A stretch of DNA of 64,000 bases from Trueperaceae bacterium (GTDB taxonomy: Bacteria; Deinococcota; Deinococci; Deinococcales; Trueperaceae), in NCBI GenBank assembly GCA_965214405.1, contig OZ243956.1:4000001-4064000 (forward strand). Reading direction: 5' to 3'. Positions 39,462-48,208 of this stretch are shown here, in pieces. The position numbers were made by a program, and so were the translations under genes. The number at the start of each line of letters is the position of its first letter. Position 1 is the first letter of the stretch. The notes beneath the pieces are model-generated. The model was given only the letters and a program-made list of their open reading frames with translations, did no database searches and was not told the origin of the DNA.

Positions 39462-40876
39462 CAGCAATTCCAAATTTAATAATTCTCCCCTTGCTTAGCA
39501 GAAGCGGTAGCCTGGAGGTATGGAAAAGGGGTTGCGCTTTAACCAACTCGTTGATGTATTGGGGAGCATCTTTGAGGGGATGCAAGACAGCAGGGGGAAG
39601 AACAAACAGTACAGCTTGAGCGAGATAGGGCTGGCGGCGTTACGGGCAGGCCGCCCTGCCGTTGCGTTCTCAGTGTTCTTCATGCAAAACGCCTCGTTTC
39701 TGGAATGGCAACGCGAGGTGAGCGCGCGCAAAGGCCGGAGCAACGTGCAGAGCTTGTTTAGCTTGGAGCGCATAGCGAGTGACGAACAGATCAAGAACGT
39801 GCTCGACGAGCACTCGCCCGACGCGCTGGCTGTGGCTTACCGCTACGTGGTGCGCGAACTTGCTGCGGCAGGTCTTCTTAGGCAGCACTTCGAGCACGCG
39901 GGTCGGGTACTGGTAGCACTTGACGGCACGCAGTACCATAGCTCGGAGCGGGTGAGTTGCGAACGCTGCAACAAGATAGACAAGGGTGGCAAAACACGCT
40001 GTACCCACAGCGTCGTATTGCCGGTCATGCTTAGTGCAGGGGCTCACGAGGTGCTCTGTTTAGAGCCTGAGTTCGTTCTATGCGAAGACGGTAGCGACAA
40101 ACAAGATTGTGAGAGCGCGGCGGCTAAGCGTTGGCTCTCGTACAAACTGTCCGAGTACGGACTGGGGCGGGTGGTCATTTTGGGTGACGACCTCTACTGC
40201 CATCAGCCCACCTGTGAGCGCGTGCTCGAACAAGGCTGTGACTTCATCTTCGTGTGCAAGCCGAGCTCGCACAAGACGCTCTACGACTACCTCTCGCTCA
40301 GCCCCGTCCAAGAAGTGACGCTTCTACAGGGTCAGGGTAAGAAACAGCGCAGCCTTTGCTACCGCTTTGCTAACGACCTACCGCTACGCGACGGCAGGGA
40401 CGCTCTTACTGTGAACTGGTGCGAAGTCACTGAGCGAGATGCTAACGGCAAGACGCTCTACCACAACACCTTTGCGACTAACCTCTCCTTGAGCCTACGA
40501 ACCATTGTCCGCGTCGTTACCTGGGGCCGGGCGAGGTGGAAAGTCGAGAACGAGGGCAACAACGTCCTGAAAACCAAAGGCTACAACTTTGAGCACAACT
40601 TTGGGCATGGCAAGCAGCATCTCTCGACCATGCTGTTGTCGCTCATGCTGCTCGCTTTTCTGCTTCACTCGCTCTTTGACCTGCTTGACGCGCGTTACCA
40701 GGCCATTCGCGCCCGCTTAGGGCCCCGTTCCACCTTCTTTGGCGACTTGCGCACCCTGACGCGTTTTCACCTCTTTGACTCCTGGGCTCAGCTCTTACTC
40801 TTTAGGGCCCAAGGGCTTGAACTTAATGAGGTCTTAGAGCTTGATTCTACTTGAACGATTAAATTTGGAACTGCTG
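39462..40876 (+). mobile_element. Complete insertion sequence (ISNCY-type, 1415 bp)
   Basis: Left TIR CAGCAATTCCAAATTTAAT versus right TIR reverse complement CAGCAGTTCCAAATTTAAT (18/19). TAA on both flanks is a probable 3-bp TSD. Confidence 0.85.
39520..40854 (+). CDS. DDE transposase (ISNCY-type)
   Basis: ALDGTQY, KQDCE, LGDDLYC and RARWKVENEGNNVLKTKGYNFEHNFGHG. Confidence 0.88.
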   Translation: MEKGLRFNQLVDVLGSIFEGMQDSRGKNKQYSLSEIGLAALRAGRPAVAFSVFFMQNASFLEWQREVSARKGRSNVQSLFSLERIASDEQIKNVLDEHSPDALAVAYRYVVRELAAAGLLRQHFEHAGRVLVALDGTQYHSSERVSCERCNKIDKGGKTRCTHSVVLPVMLSAGAHEVLCLEPEFVLCEDGSDKQDCESAAAKRWLSYKLSEYGLGRVVILGDDLYCHQPTCERVLEQGCDFIFVCKPSSHKTLYDYLSLSPVQEVTLLQGQGKKQRSLCYRFANDLPLRDGRDALTVNWCEVTERDANGKTLYHNTFATNLSLSLRTIVRVVTWGRARWKVENEGNNVLKTKGYNFEHNFGHGKQHLSTMLLSLMLLAFLLHSLFDLLDARYQAIRARLGPRSTFFGDLRTLTRFHLFDSWAQLLLFRAQGLELNEVLELDST

Positions 40877-40893
40877 TAATGTTAATCTCGACA

Positions 40894-40923
40894 TTGACAG
40901 GGAGCGCCCAAGCTATGTATACT
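40894..40923 (+). promoter_or_regulatory. Sigma70-type promoter of the tRNA operon
   Basis: TTGACA-N18-TATACT about 50 nt upstream of the first tRNA. Confidence 0.8.
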
Positions 40924-40973
40924 CACTAACGCTGACCTGAGTGGGGCTTTTGCGCTCACTTTCGCTCAACCTG

Positions 40974-41063
40974 GGAGGGTTGGCCGAGCGGTTGAAGGCG
41001 ACAGTCTTGAAAACTGTAGTAGGGGTGACTCTACCGGGGGTTCGAATCCCTCACCCTCCGCCA
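40974..41063 (+). tRNA. tRNA-Ser(TGA)
   Basis: Acceptor GGAGGGT/ACCCTCC, anticodon arm ACAGT-CTTGAAA-ACTGT, long variable arm, GGTTCGAATCC, encoded CCA. Confidence 0.96.
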
Positions 41064-41161
41064 CTCTGCCTAAAGCTCTGCTCGAGGTATAATAAGAGAC
41101 ATAAGAGGTGGTTGGTAAGCGGTATTGAAGGTGTAGTGCCGAAGGTATCAACCAAAGTCTT

Positions 41162-41254
<93 letters not shown>

Positions 41255-41304
41255 GCAGTTGGGGGTATCATCCATAACGCATTAGGGACGATACCCCTAA
41301 GCGT

Positions 41305-41381
<77 letters not shown>

Positions 41382-41402
41382 GAAGAAGGCGTCACCGACG
41401 CC

Positions 41403-41439
41403 AAACCCTGAAGAGTGGCTGTCAGCCTCTTCAGGGTTT
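41403..41439. terminator. Hairpin between the tRNA operon and the convergent integrase
   Basis: 13-bp stem AAACCCTGAAGAG...CTCTTCAGGGTTT. Confidence 0.7.
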
Positions 41440-41462
41440 CCCATTTCTCTTCCCATTACGCT

Positions 41463-42662
41463 CTACACTTCGAGTAGCTTTGAGAGCGAGAGGCTCTCTC
41501 CGCTCGAGCCCTCACGCAAGAGGTGAATGTAGATCTTCTCGGTGGTCCGCATCGAGCTGTGCCCCAGCCACCTCGACGTCCTGAGCAGGCTCACCCCCGC
41601 CTCGATCCACAGCGACCCGGCCGTGTGTCTGAGCCCGTGAAACCTGATCTTACGGACCTGAGCGTCTTTGCATAGAGCGTAAAACATCTCCCTTAGCGTT
41701 CCATTACTCGGCATCCCGCCAAGTCTGTTCGTCACGACGGTGCCGAGCCCGAGATCGGGGAGTTCAGCTTGTCTAGCCCGGTGCTGTTCCAGGAGGCGCA
41801 GGCACTCCCCCGGTAGCGGGATGAGCCGGTTAGAAGAGCGTGACTTGAGCCGCTCCGAGAAGGTCGGGATGAGGCGGTCGTCGGTCGCTTGACGCTGAAT
41901 ATGGAGGTAAGGCTCGAGTTCCCCTGAGGCGCGGTTTTTGTGATACTCAACATCCGTCCACTTCAGACCCCGCAGCTCGCTGATGCGTAGCCCGAGGTTG
42001 AGGGCCAGATAGAAGGCGATGAAATAAGGATGCCTGATCGTCGTGTCCGCCGTGATGAAACGCTTGGCTTCCGAAGGCTCCCAGTAGTCCGCTTCATACC
42101 CTAGGAACGCGATCCGCTCGACAGCGCACCCAGCGTACGGGCTGTTCAGAAGGAGATGCCAGCGTACAGCCTTGGTCAGGGCGCTCGATAAGGTAGCACT
42201 GGCGTTCCTCGCGACCCGGCTTCCTTTATCCAGCTCGAGCGCGTTCTGCCATCTCTGAACGGCGGCATGGCCGAGCTTGCGGAGCTTTACCGTCCCTAAG
42301 TGAGGTCTGATGTGGTTGTCAACGTCGCCTCGGTAACCCCGGTAGGTTTTGGCGGAGAGCTGTCGCCTCGAGGTAGACAGAGCATCGTTCGGCGCGATCT
42401 GGCTGAGCCAATGGTCTAGGTAATCGCCTACGGTAATAGTATAAGCATCGAACAATCTTTCGCCGCGCTCCTTGCGCAGCCGGTCGAGGTGCGCGAACGC
42501 CGCCGAGCGGGTTTTGCGTGTCGGTCCTTCGAGCTGTTTCTGTTTGCCTCCAGGGCTATAGCCAATCGTGACGAGGGCCGAATACCGAACGTAGCTTGAG
42601 CCGTCCCTCCGCACCCTCACCCGCCTGCGCAAGCAGCCTTCGCCGTTCGCCCGTTTGGTCAT
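41463..42662 (-). CDS. Phage/ICE-type tyrosine integrase
   Basis: KRANGEG arm-binding start, LGLRISELRGL, FHGLRHT and LGHSSMRTTEKIY. Adjacent to the tRNA-Arg 3' end. Confidence 0.93.
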   Translation of the reverse strand: MTKRANGEGCLRRRVRVRRDGSSYVRYSALVTIGYSPGGKQKQLEGPTRKTRSAAFAHLDRLRKERGERLFDAYTITVGDYLDHWLSQIAPNDALSTSRRQLSAKTYRGYRGDVDNHIRPHLGTVKLRKLGHAAVQRWQNALELDKGSRVARNASATLSSALTKAVRWHLLLNSPYAGCAVERIAFLGYEADYWEPSEAKRFITADTTIRHPYFIAFYLALNLGLRISELRGLKWTDVEYHKNRASGELEPYLHIQRQATDDRLIPTFSERLKSRSSNRLIPLPGECLRLLEQHRARQAELPDLGLGTVVTNRLGGMPSNGTLREMFYALCKDAQVRKIRFHGLRHTAGSLWIEAGVSLLRTSRWLGHSSMRTTEKIYIHLLREGSSGESLSLSKLLEV

Positions 42663-42878
42663 GGTGTCCTCCCTCGGTGAAGTTAGGGAGATAGGCTAGC
42701 GGATTTGTGGCATAGAATTTTTGTCCCAAAAGTAAAGGGGTCGTGATCCTTATGCAACGAACGGCCCGGTTACACACCTAAAAACCAATAGGCCTGACAG
42801 ACATCGGCACAGCTCTCGTAACGCACCTTGCGCCGAGGCAGACAACATCGTCAGCGTTTGCTATCCTGAGGCGTCGCC

Positions 42879-43961
42879 ATGCAGCAGCACATCAGCTTTT
42901 GCACCTCCGCCGACGGCGTCCGCATCGCTTACGCGACGGCCGGTGAGGGTCCGCCTTTGGTCAAAGCGGCGAACTACCTCAGCCACTTGGAGCACGACTG
43001 GCAAGGTCCCGTCTGGCAGCACTGGTGGCGCGGCCTGACCGAGCACCGCAGCCTCGTTCGCTACGACGAGCGCGGCTGCGGCCTCTCCGACTGGGACGTG
43101 AGCACGTTCTCGATTGACACCTGGGTGCAAGACCTGGAGGCCGTGGTCGAGGCTGCGGGCCTCGACCGGTTTCCCCTGCTCGGCATCTCGCAGGGCGCGT
43201 CCGTCTCCGTGGCGTACGCCGTCAAGCATCCCGACAAGGTTTCGCACCTCATCCTCTACGGGGGCTACGCGCGCGGCCGCTTTCACCGGGGCCTGACCGC
43301 GGAGCAGCGGGTCGAGGCTGAGACGATGCTCAACGTGATGCGGGTGAGTTGGGGGCAGGAGAATCCCGCCTTTCGCCAGCTTTTCTCGACCCAACTGATG
43401 CCGGGGGGAACGGTCGAGCAGATAAAGTCGCTGAACGAGTTGGCGCGCATCTCCGCCACGCCGACCAACGCCGCCGCGATGGAGCGCGCCTTCTACCGGA
43501 TTGATGTGACCGAGCGGGCCCCAAAAGTAGCGGTTCCCACCCTCGTCTTACACGGCCGGGACGATGCGGGCGTTCCCTTCGAAGAAGGACGACGCCTGGC
43601 CTCGCTCATCCCGAACGCTCGGTTTGTTCCCCTCGACAGCAACAACCATATCCTGCTGGAGGGCGAGCCAGCCTGGACCCGGTTTTTAGACGAGGTGCAG
43701 CGGTTCCTCGGTGCCGAGTCGCCTGGGTCTGGGCAGGTTGCGCGTGTCCCCTTTGTTGAGTTAACCCTGCGCGAGCGCAACGTGCTGGACCTCATTGCCC
43801 AGGGCCTCAGCAACGACGTGATTGCCGCCAAGCTCGTCCGCAGCCCGGCCACGGTGCGCAACCACATCACCCGTATCTTTAGCAAACTGGGGGTCGAGAA
43901 CCGCGCGCAGGCCATCGTCAAAGCGCGCGAGGCGGGTATGGGGCGACAGACGAAGGTTTAG
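42879..43961 (+). CDS. Alpha/beta-hydrolase-fold + LuxR HTH transcriptional regulator
   Basis: RYDERGCGLSD and GISQG; C-terminal LTLRERNVLDLIAQGLSNDVIA...TVRNHITRIFSKL. Confidence 0.92.
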   Translation: MQQHISFCTSADGVRIAYATAGEGPPLVKAANYLSHLEHDWQGPVWQHWWRGLTEHRSLVRYDERGCGLSDWDVSTFSIDTWVQDLEAVVEAAGLDRFPLLGISQGASVSVAYAVKHPDKVSHLILYGGYARGRFHRGLTAEQRVEAETMLNVMRVSWGQENPAFRQLFSTQLMPGGTVEQIKSLNELARISATPTNAAAMERAFYRIDVTERAPKVAVPTLVLHGRDDAGVPFEEGRRLASLIPNARFVPLDSNNHILLEGEPAWTRFLDEVQRFLGAESPGSGQVARVPFVELTLRERNVLDLIAQGLSNDVIAAKLVRSPATVRNHITRIFSKLGVENRAQAIVKAREAGMGRQTKV

Positions 43962-44103
43962 GTCAAGCGGGCGGCCGGAACTTACCTCCTACGCAGACGT
44001 CTGAGTCCGTGGAGAAAACCATCCAAAATTAGGAGCCAACTCTCAAGACAAACGGGTGCGGCACTTGCTAAGGTAGGAACAAGTTAACTATGAGAGGAAC
44101 CTT

Positions 44104-45579
44104 ATGCGCGACGCAATTTTGGAAACCCTCGACCCTCAAGACTGGCCGGCTATGCGCACGCTTGCGCACCAGATGGTTGATGACGCTTTTAGCTATCTGG
44201 AAACCGTCCGCGAGCGCCCTGCCTGGCAGGACATACCAACCGAAGTGGCCCAGGCTTTACAGACGAGCCTGCCGCTCGAGCCGCAAGGTGCCGCCCAAGC
44301 CTATGAGGACTTCAAAGAACAGGTGATGCCCTACCCGATGGGCAACATCCACCCACGCTTTTGGGCTTGGTACATGGGCAACGGCACGATGATGGGTGCC
44401 CTGGGCGACTTTCTGGCAGCCGTGACGAATTCAAACATGGCAGGCGGTCGTCACGCCGGGATGCTGGTGGAGCAGCAAGTGGTGAGTTGGTGCCAGGAAA
44501 TGCTCGGTTTTCCCACCGCTGCCAGCGGTTTGATGGTCAGCGGCGCGTCGATGGCGAACCTGATTGGGCTGGCTGTAGCTCGTAACGCCCAGACGGAAGC
44601 CGACATACGCAGCGACGGTATGGCCGCCGTGCCCCGGCCACTGGTCTTGTACAGCTCGAGCGAAGTTCATAGCTGTCACCAGAAAGCGGCTGAGTTGTTA
44701 GGTTTGGGAAGCCGAGCCTTGCGTAAAATACAAGTAGGTCGTGATTACAAAATAGACGTTGCCGCCTTAGCCAAAGCGGTCGCCGCCGACCGCGCGGCCG
44801 GAGCCAAGCCTTTTTGCGTGATTGGGACCGCAGGCACCGTCAACACTGGCGCTGTCGATGACCTGAGCGCCCTGGCCGACCTTTGTGAACGGGAGAACCT
44901 GTGGTTTCACGTCGACGGTGCCATCGGCGGGTTGCTGACCCTCTCCCCAAAACTAAAGTCGCTCGTTACCGGGATTGACCGGGCCGATTCGGTTGCCCTT
45001 GACTTTCACAAGTGGCTCCATGTTCCTTTTGAGGCAGGGCTGGCGCTCGTACGGAACGAACGTGCTCACCGCCAGGCCTTCTCGCTCACGCCCGAATACT
45101 TGCAGCACGCCCCGCGGGGCGTCGCGGGCGGGGAGGTCTGGTTTAGCGATTACGGCGTCGACCTCTCCCGCAGCTTCAAAGCCCTCAAGGTCTGGCTTTC
45201 GTTGAAAGAGCACGGGGTGCGCAAATACGGGCGGCTCATGGAACAGAACGTGGCCCAAGCTCACTACCTTACCGAGCTTATTGAGAAGGAAATGCAGCTC
45301 GAGCAGGTAGCACCTGTGGCTTTGGACATTGTTTGCTTCCGCTTCAACCCGGGCGGCCTTGGGGACGAGGGGCTCAACGACCTCAATAAAGAACTGCTTA
45401 TTCGTATTCACGAAAGCGGGGTGGCCGTGCCCTCTTACACGACGTTAAAGGGACACTACTGCCTGCGCGTCGCTATCTCAAACCACCGCAGTACCTTCGG
45501 CGATTTTGAAGTGTTTATCCGAGAAACGGTGCGGCTCGGTCAAGCGCTGCTCGAGGAAACGTTCAGCCAACCCGCCTGA
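44104..45579 (+). CDS. PLP-dependent group II (aromatic amino acid-type) decarboxylase
   Basis: HPRFWAW, SGASMANL, GTAGTVNTGAVD, HVDGA and DFHKW (PLP lysine). Confidence 0.92.
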   Translation: MRDAILETLDPQDWPAMRTLAHQMVDDAFSYLETVRERPAWQDIPTEVAQALQTSLPLEPQGAAQAYEDFKEQVMPYPMGNIHPRFWAWYMGNGTMMGALGDFLAAVTNSNMAGGRHAGMLVEQQVVSWCQEMLGFPTAASGLMVSGASMANLIGLAVARNAQTEADIRSDGMAAVPRPLVLYSSSEVHSCHQKAAELLGLGSRALRKIQVGRDYKIDVAALAKAVAADRAAGAKPFCVIGTAGTVNTGAVDDLSALADLCERENLWFHVDGAIGGLLTLSPKLKSLVTGIDRADSVALDFHKWLHVPFEAGLALVRNERAHRQAFSLTPEYLQHAPRGVAGGEVWFSDYGVDLSRSFKALKVWLSLKEHGVRKYGRLMEQNVAQAHYLTELIEKEMQLEQVAPVALDIVCFRFNPGGLGDEGLNDLNKELLIRIHESGVAVPSYTTLKGHYCLRVAISNHRSTFGDFEVFIRETVRLGQALLEETFSQPA

Positions 45580-45634
45580 ACCCAGTGAGTCCCTACTAGC
45601 GGACGTGTTGTAAGCGGCAAAGTAAAGTGAATGG

Positions 45635-45652
45635 TTAAATTTGGAATTGCTG
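45635..45652. repeat. Orphan right-end TIR of the ISNCY-type element
   Basis: TTAAATTTGGAATTGCTG is the exact reverse complement of 39462-39479. Confidence 0.8.
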
Positions 45653-45668
45653 CAACCCATCCCAAAGT

Positions 45669-45833
45669 GCTCGAGGGACAACCTCTTGGAATTTTACGAC
45701 GGATAGAGAGAGTTCACGCTCGGTTCACGCTCAGTTCACGCCGGGTCCGGCATCCTGAGAACCGCTGGTAAGCCTCAAGAAAGGAGACCGTTATGTCCAT
45801 GATGTCCGCACAAACATCCGCAGCTTTTGAAGA
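45669..45833 (+). promoter_or_regulatory. Duplicated promoter/RBS block, copy 1 (three 11-bp repeats at 45711-45743)
   Basis: AGTTCACGCTC-GGTTCACGCTC-AGTTCACGCCG; the block aligns with 46557-46706. Confidence 0.75.
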
Positions 45834-45851
45834 TAAAGAAAGGTGGGAGGT

Positions 45852-46439
45852 ATGAACAGCTCCAAACTACGCTTGATGGTTACTTTGCTACTCTTCACCC
45901 TGATTACTATGGTCAGCAGTTTGGCTCAGCAGTCACAAACGATGAGCGATGAGGAGAAGATTGCTGACGCTATGAGTGCCGGTCCGGCCTCCATCGCAGA
46001 AAACGCCACCATCTTGGAGTGGCCCAGTGAACCCGGCGGTGAGTTCAACGTGCTCCGGGAGGGCAGCAACGGCTGGTCGTGCATCGCCTCGAGCCCAGCG
46101 GCAGTGATGGCGGGTTTGCAAGACCCCACTTGTGACGACGAAGTGTGGCTGGAGTTGGACACCGCCTATGTTGAGGGTCGGGAGCCGAACATCGAGCGCA
46201 TCGGGATTGCCTACATGCTCAGCGGTGACGCCGGGTTAAGCAACACCGACCCGTTCGCTACCAGCCCCACCGACGACAACGAGTGGCACGTCAGCGGTCC
46301 GCACATCATGATAGTGATGCCCGACATGACCTACGAGGGTGTCTCTACTGACCCTAACAACGGTGGCCCTTTTGTGATGTGGGCGGGGACGCCTTACGCG
46401 CACATCATGGTGCCCATAGAGTCACACATGCAGGAGTAA
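45852..46439 (+). CDS. Secreted hypothetical protein
   Basis: Signal peptide; GGGAGG RBS; motifs GSNGWSC, PTCDD, YMLSG, SNTDP, GPHIMI and GTPYAHIMVP. Confidence 0.8.
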   Translation: MNSSKLRLMVTLLLFTLITMVSSLAQQSQTMSDEEKIADAMSAGPASIAENATILEWPSEPGGEFNVLREGSNGWSCIASSPAAVMAGLQDPTCDDEVWLELDTAYVEGREPNIERIGIAYMLSGDAGLSNTDPFATSPTDDNEWHVSGPHIMIVMPDMTYEGVSTDPNNGGPFVMWAGTPYAHIMVPIESHMQE

Positions 46440-46556
46440 CTAAACGCAGCCTGACGCTTTGCCGGCTTCGACGACTAAACGGTAAATCAAAAAACACAGC
46501 TTTAGAGGCGGGGACTCTAGCCTGCCTCTTCTTTGCTGTTTCAAGCAGCTTGAGCG

Positions 46557-46706
46557 GCTCGAGGGACAATGCCTTGGAGTTTTACGATGGAAAGGTGAGT
46601 TCACGCTCAGTTTACGCCGGGTCCGGCATTCTGAATGCTGGTAAACTAGAAGAAAAGGAGCCGTTATGTCTACGATGTCTTCACAAGTGCCCGCGGCTTT
46701 TGAAGA
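46557..46706 (+). promoter_or_regulatory. Duplicated promoter/RBS block, copy 2 (two 11-bp repeats at 46598-46619)
   Basis: AGTTCACGCTC-AGTTTACGCCG-GGTCCGGCATTCT...AAGGAG...ATG. Confidence 0.75.
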
Positions 46707-48108
46707 AGCTTTGGCGACCTTCAAGACCCATTTCGGCGGCAAGGTGATTGGCCCCACCGACACCGAGTACGACGAGGCTCGAGCGCTCTGGAACGGCATG
46801 ATAGACGCTCAGCCCCGGCTCATCGTGAAATGTAAAAGCGCACAGGATGTGGTCGGCGCGCTCGCCTTCGGCCGTGAGACGGGGCTCACGGCCGCCGTGC
46901 GGGCCGGCGGGCACAACGTGGCCGGCCTCGCCACGGTAGACGGGGGCTTGGTCATCGACCTTTCTCAACTGAACGCGGTCGAGGTCGATGCCGAGAAGCG
47001 CCTCGTCGGGGTGGCGGGGGGAGCCACCTGGGCCGACGTGGACAAGGCGACGCAAGCCTTCGGACTCGCCACACCGGGCGGCCTGGTGTCGACGACGGGC
47101 GTGGCCGGCCTCACCCTGGGGGGCGGCATGGGCTGGTTGCGGCGCAAGTACGGGCTCAGCTGCGACAACCTCGCCGCCGCCGAGCTTGTCACCGCCGCGG
47201 GCAAGCTCGTTCGCGCCAGCGAGACCGAAAACCCGGACCTCTTCTGGGGGCTGTGTGGCGGCGGCGGCAACTTCGGGATTGTCACGCGCTTCGAGTTCGA
47301 ACTGCGCCCGGTCGGGCCGCAAATTGCCTTCGCCTACGTCCTTTATCTCCTGCAAGATGCCAAAAAAGTGCTCCGCGCCCACGAGACCTTTCTTAGGGAC
47401 GAACCCGGCGACATAAGCACCCTGGTCGTTCTGGGCCGGGTGCCGCACCTGGCCGATTTTCCTGTCGCCAGCCATGGCGCGGCCTTCGTGGGCGTCCTGG
47501 GCATGTACGCGGGTGCGGCCGACAAAGGCATGACGGCCCTGCAGCCCTTGCTCGAGCTGGCCGAACCCATCATCGACCTGAGCGGCCCCATGTCTTACCT
47601 CGAGGTGCAACAAATCTACGACGCGGACTATCCGACCGGCTCGCGCTACTACTGGAAGTCTACCGGTCTCGACGACCTCAGCGACGCGGTCATTGACCTT
47701 TTGGTCGAGCACGCCGAACGCGCGCCCGCCGACCATTCGACCATCAACCTCTGGTATCACGGGGCTGCCGTTGCGGAGCGCGCCGAAGACGCGACCGCCT
47801 TCGGTCGCCGTGACATCTCCTACCTCGTCAATCCGGAAGCGAACTGGGAAAACCCTGCCGACGACGCGGTGAACATCAACTGGGCGAGAAATCTGTTAAA
47901 AGACTTGAAACCCCACGGCAAAGCGAACCTCTACCTGAACTTCCCAGGTTTTTTCGAGGAGGGTGACGCACTCGTGAAAGCCGCTTTCGGCAACAACTAC
48001 GCGCGGCTGGTCGACCTCAAGACCAAGTACGACCCGCAAAACTTTTTCAGGCGGAACCACAACATCGAGCCGAAAGCTCGAGAAAAGCCCACCGACCAAA
48101 AACCATAA
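46666..48108 (+). CDS. FAD-linked oxidase (FAD_binding_4 + BBE, 6-hydroxy-D-nicotine oxidase-like)
   Basis: RAGGHNVAG (covalent-FAD His site), GGGGNFGIVT, YLNF and LKTKYDPQNFFR. Confidence 0.92.
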   Translation: MSTMSSQVPAAFEEALATFKTHFGGKVIGPTDTEYDEARALWNGMIDAQPRLIVKCKSAQDVVGALAFGRETGLTAAVRAGGHNVAGLATVDGGLVIDLSQLNAVEVDAEKRLVGVAGGATWADVDKATQAFGLATPGGLVSTTGVAGLTLGGGMGWLRRKYGLSCDNLAAAELVTAAGKLVRASETENPDLFWGLCGGGGNFGIVTRFEFELRPVGPQIAFAYVLYLLQDAKKVLRAHETFLRDEPGDISTLVVLGRVPHLADFPVASHGAAFVGVLGMYAGAADKGMTALQPLLELAEPIIDLSGPMSYLEVQQIYDADYPTGSRYYWKSTGLDDLSDAVIDLLVEHAERAPADHSTINLWYHGAAVAERAEDATAFGRRDISYLVNPEANWENPADDAVNINWARNLLKDLKPHGKANLYLNFPGFFEEGDALVKAAFGNNYARLVDLKTKYDPQNFFRRNHNIEPKAREKPTDQKP

Positions 48109-48208
48109 ACCGAGCAAGTTATGAACGCCGGATCGAGAAAAACTTGGCGTCAAAATGAGCTTTCCGCGACTCGGCTCGGGACAAACAGCTTTTGGCTTAT
48201 CGGTCGTC

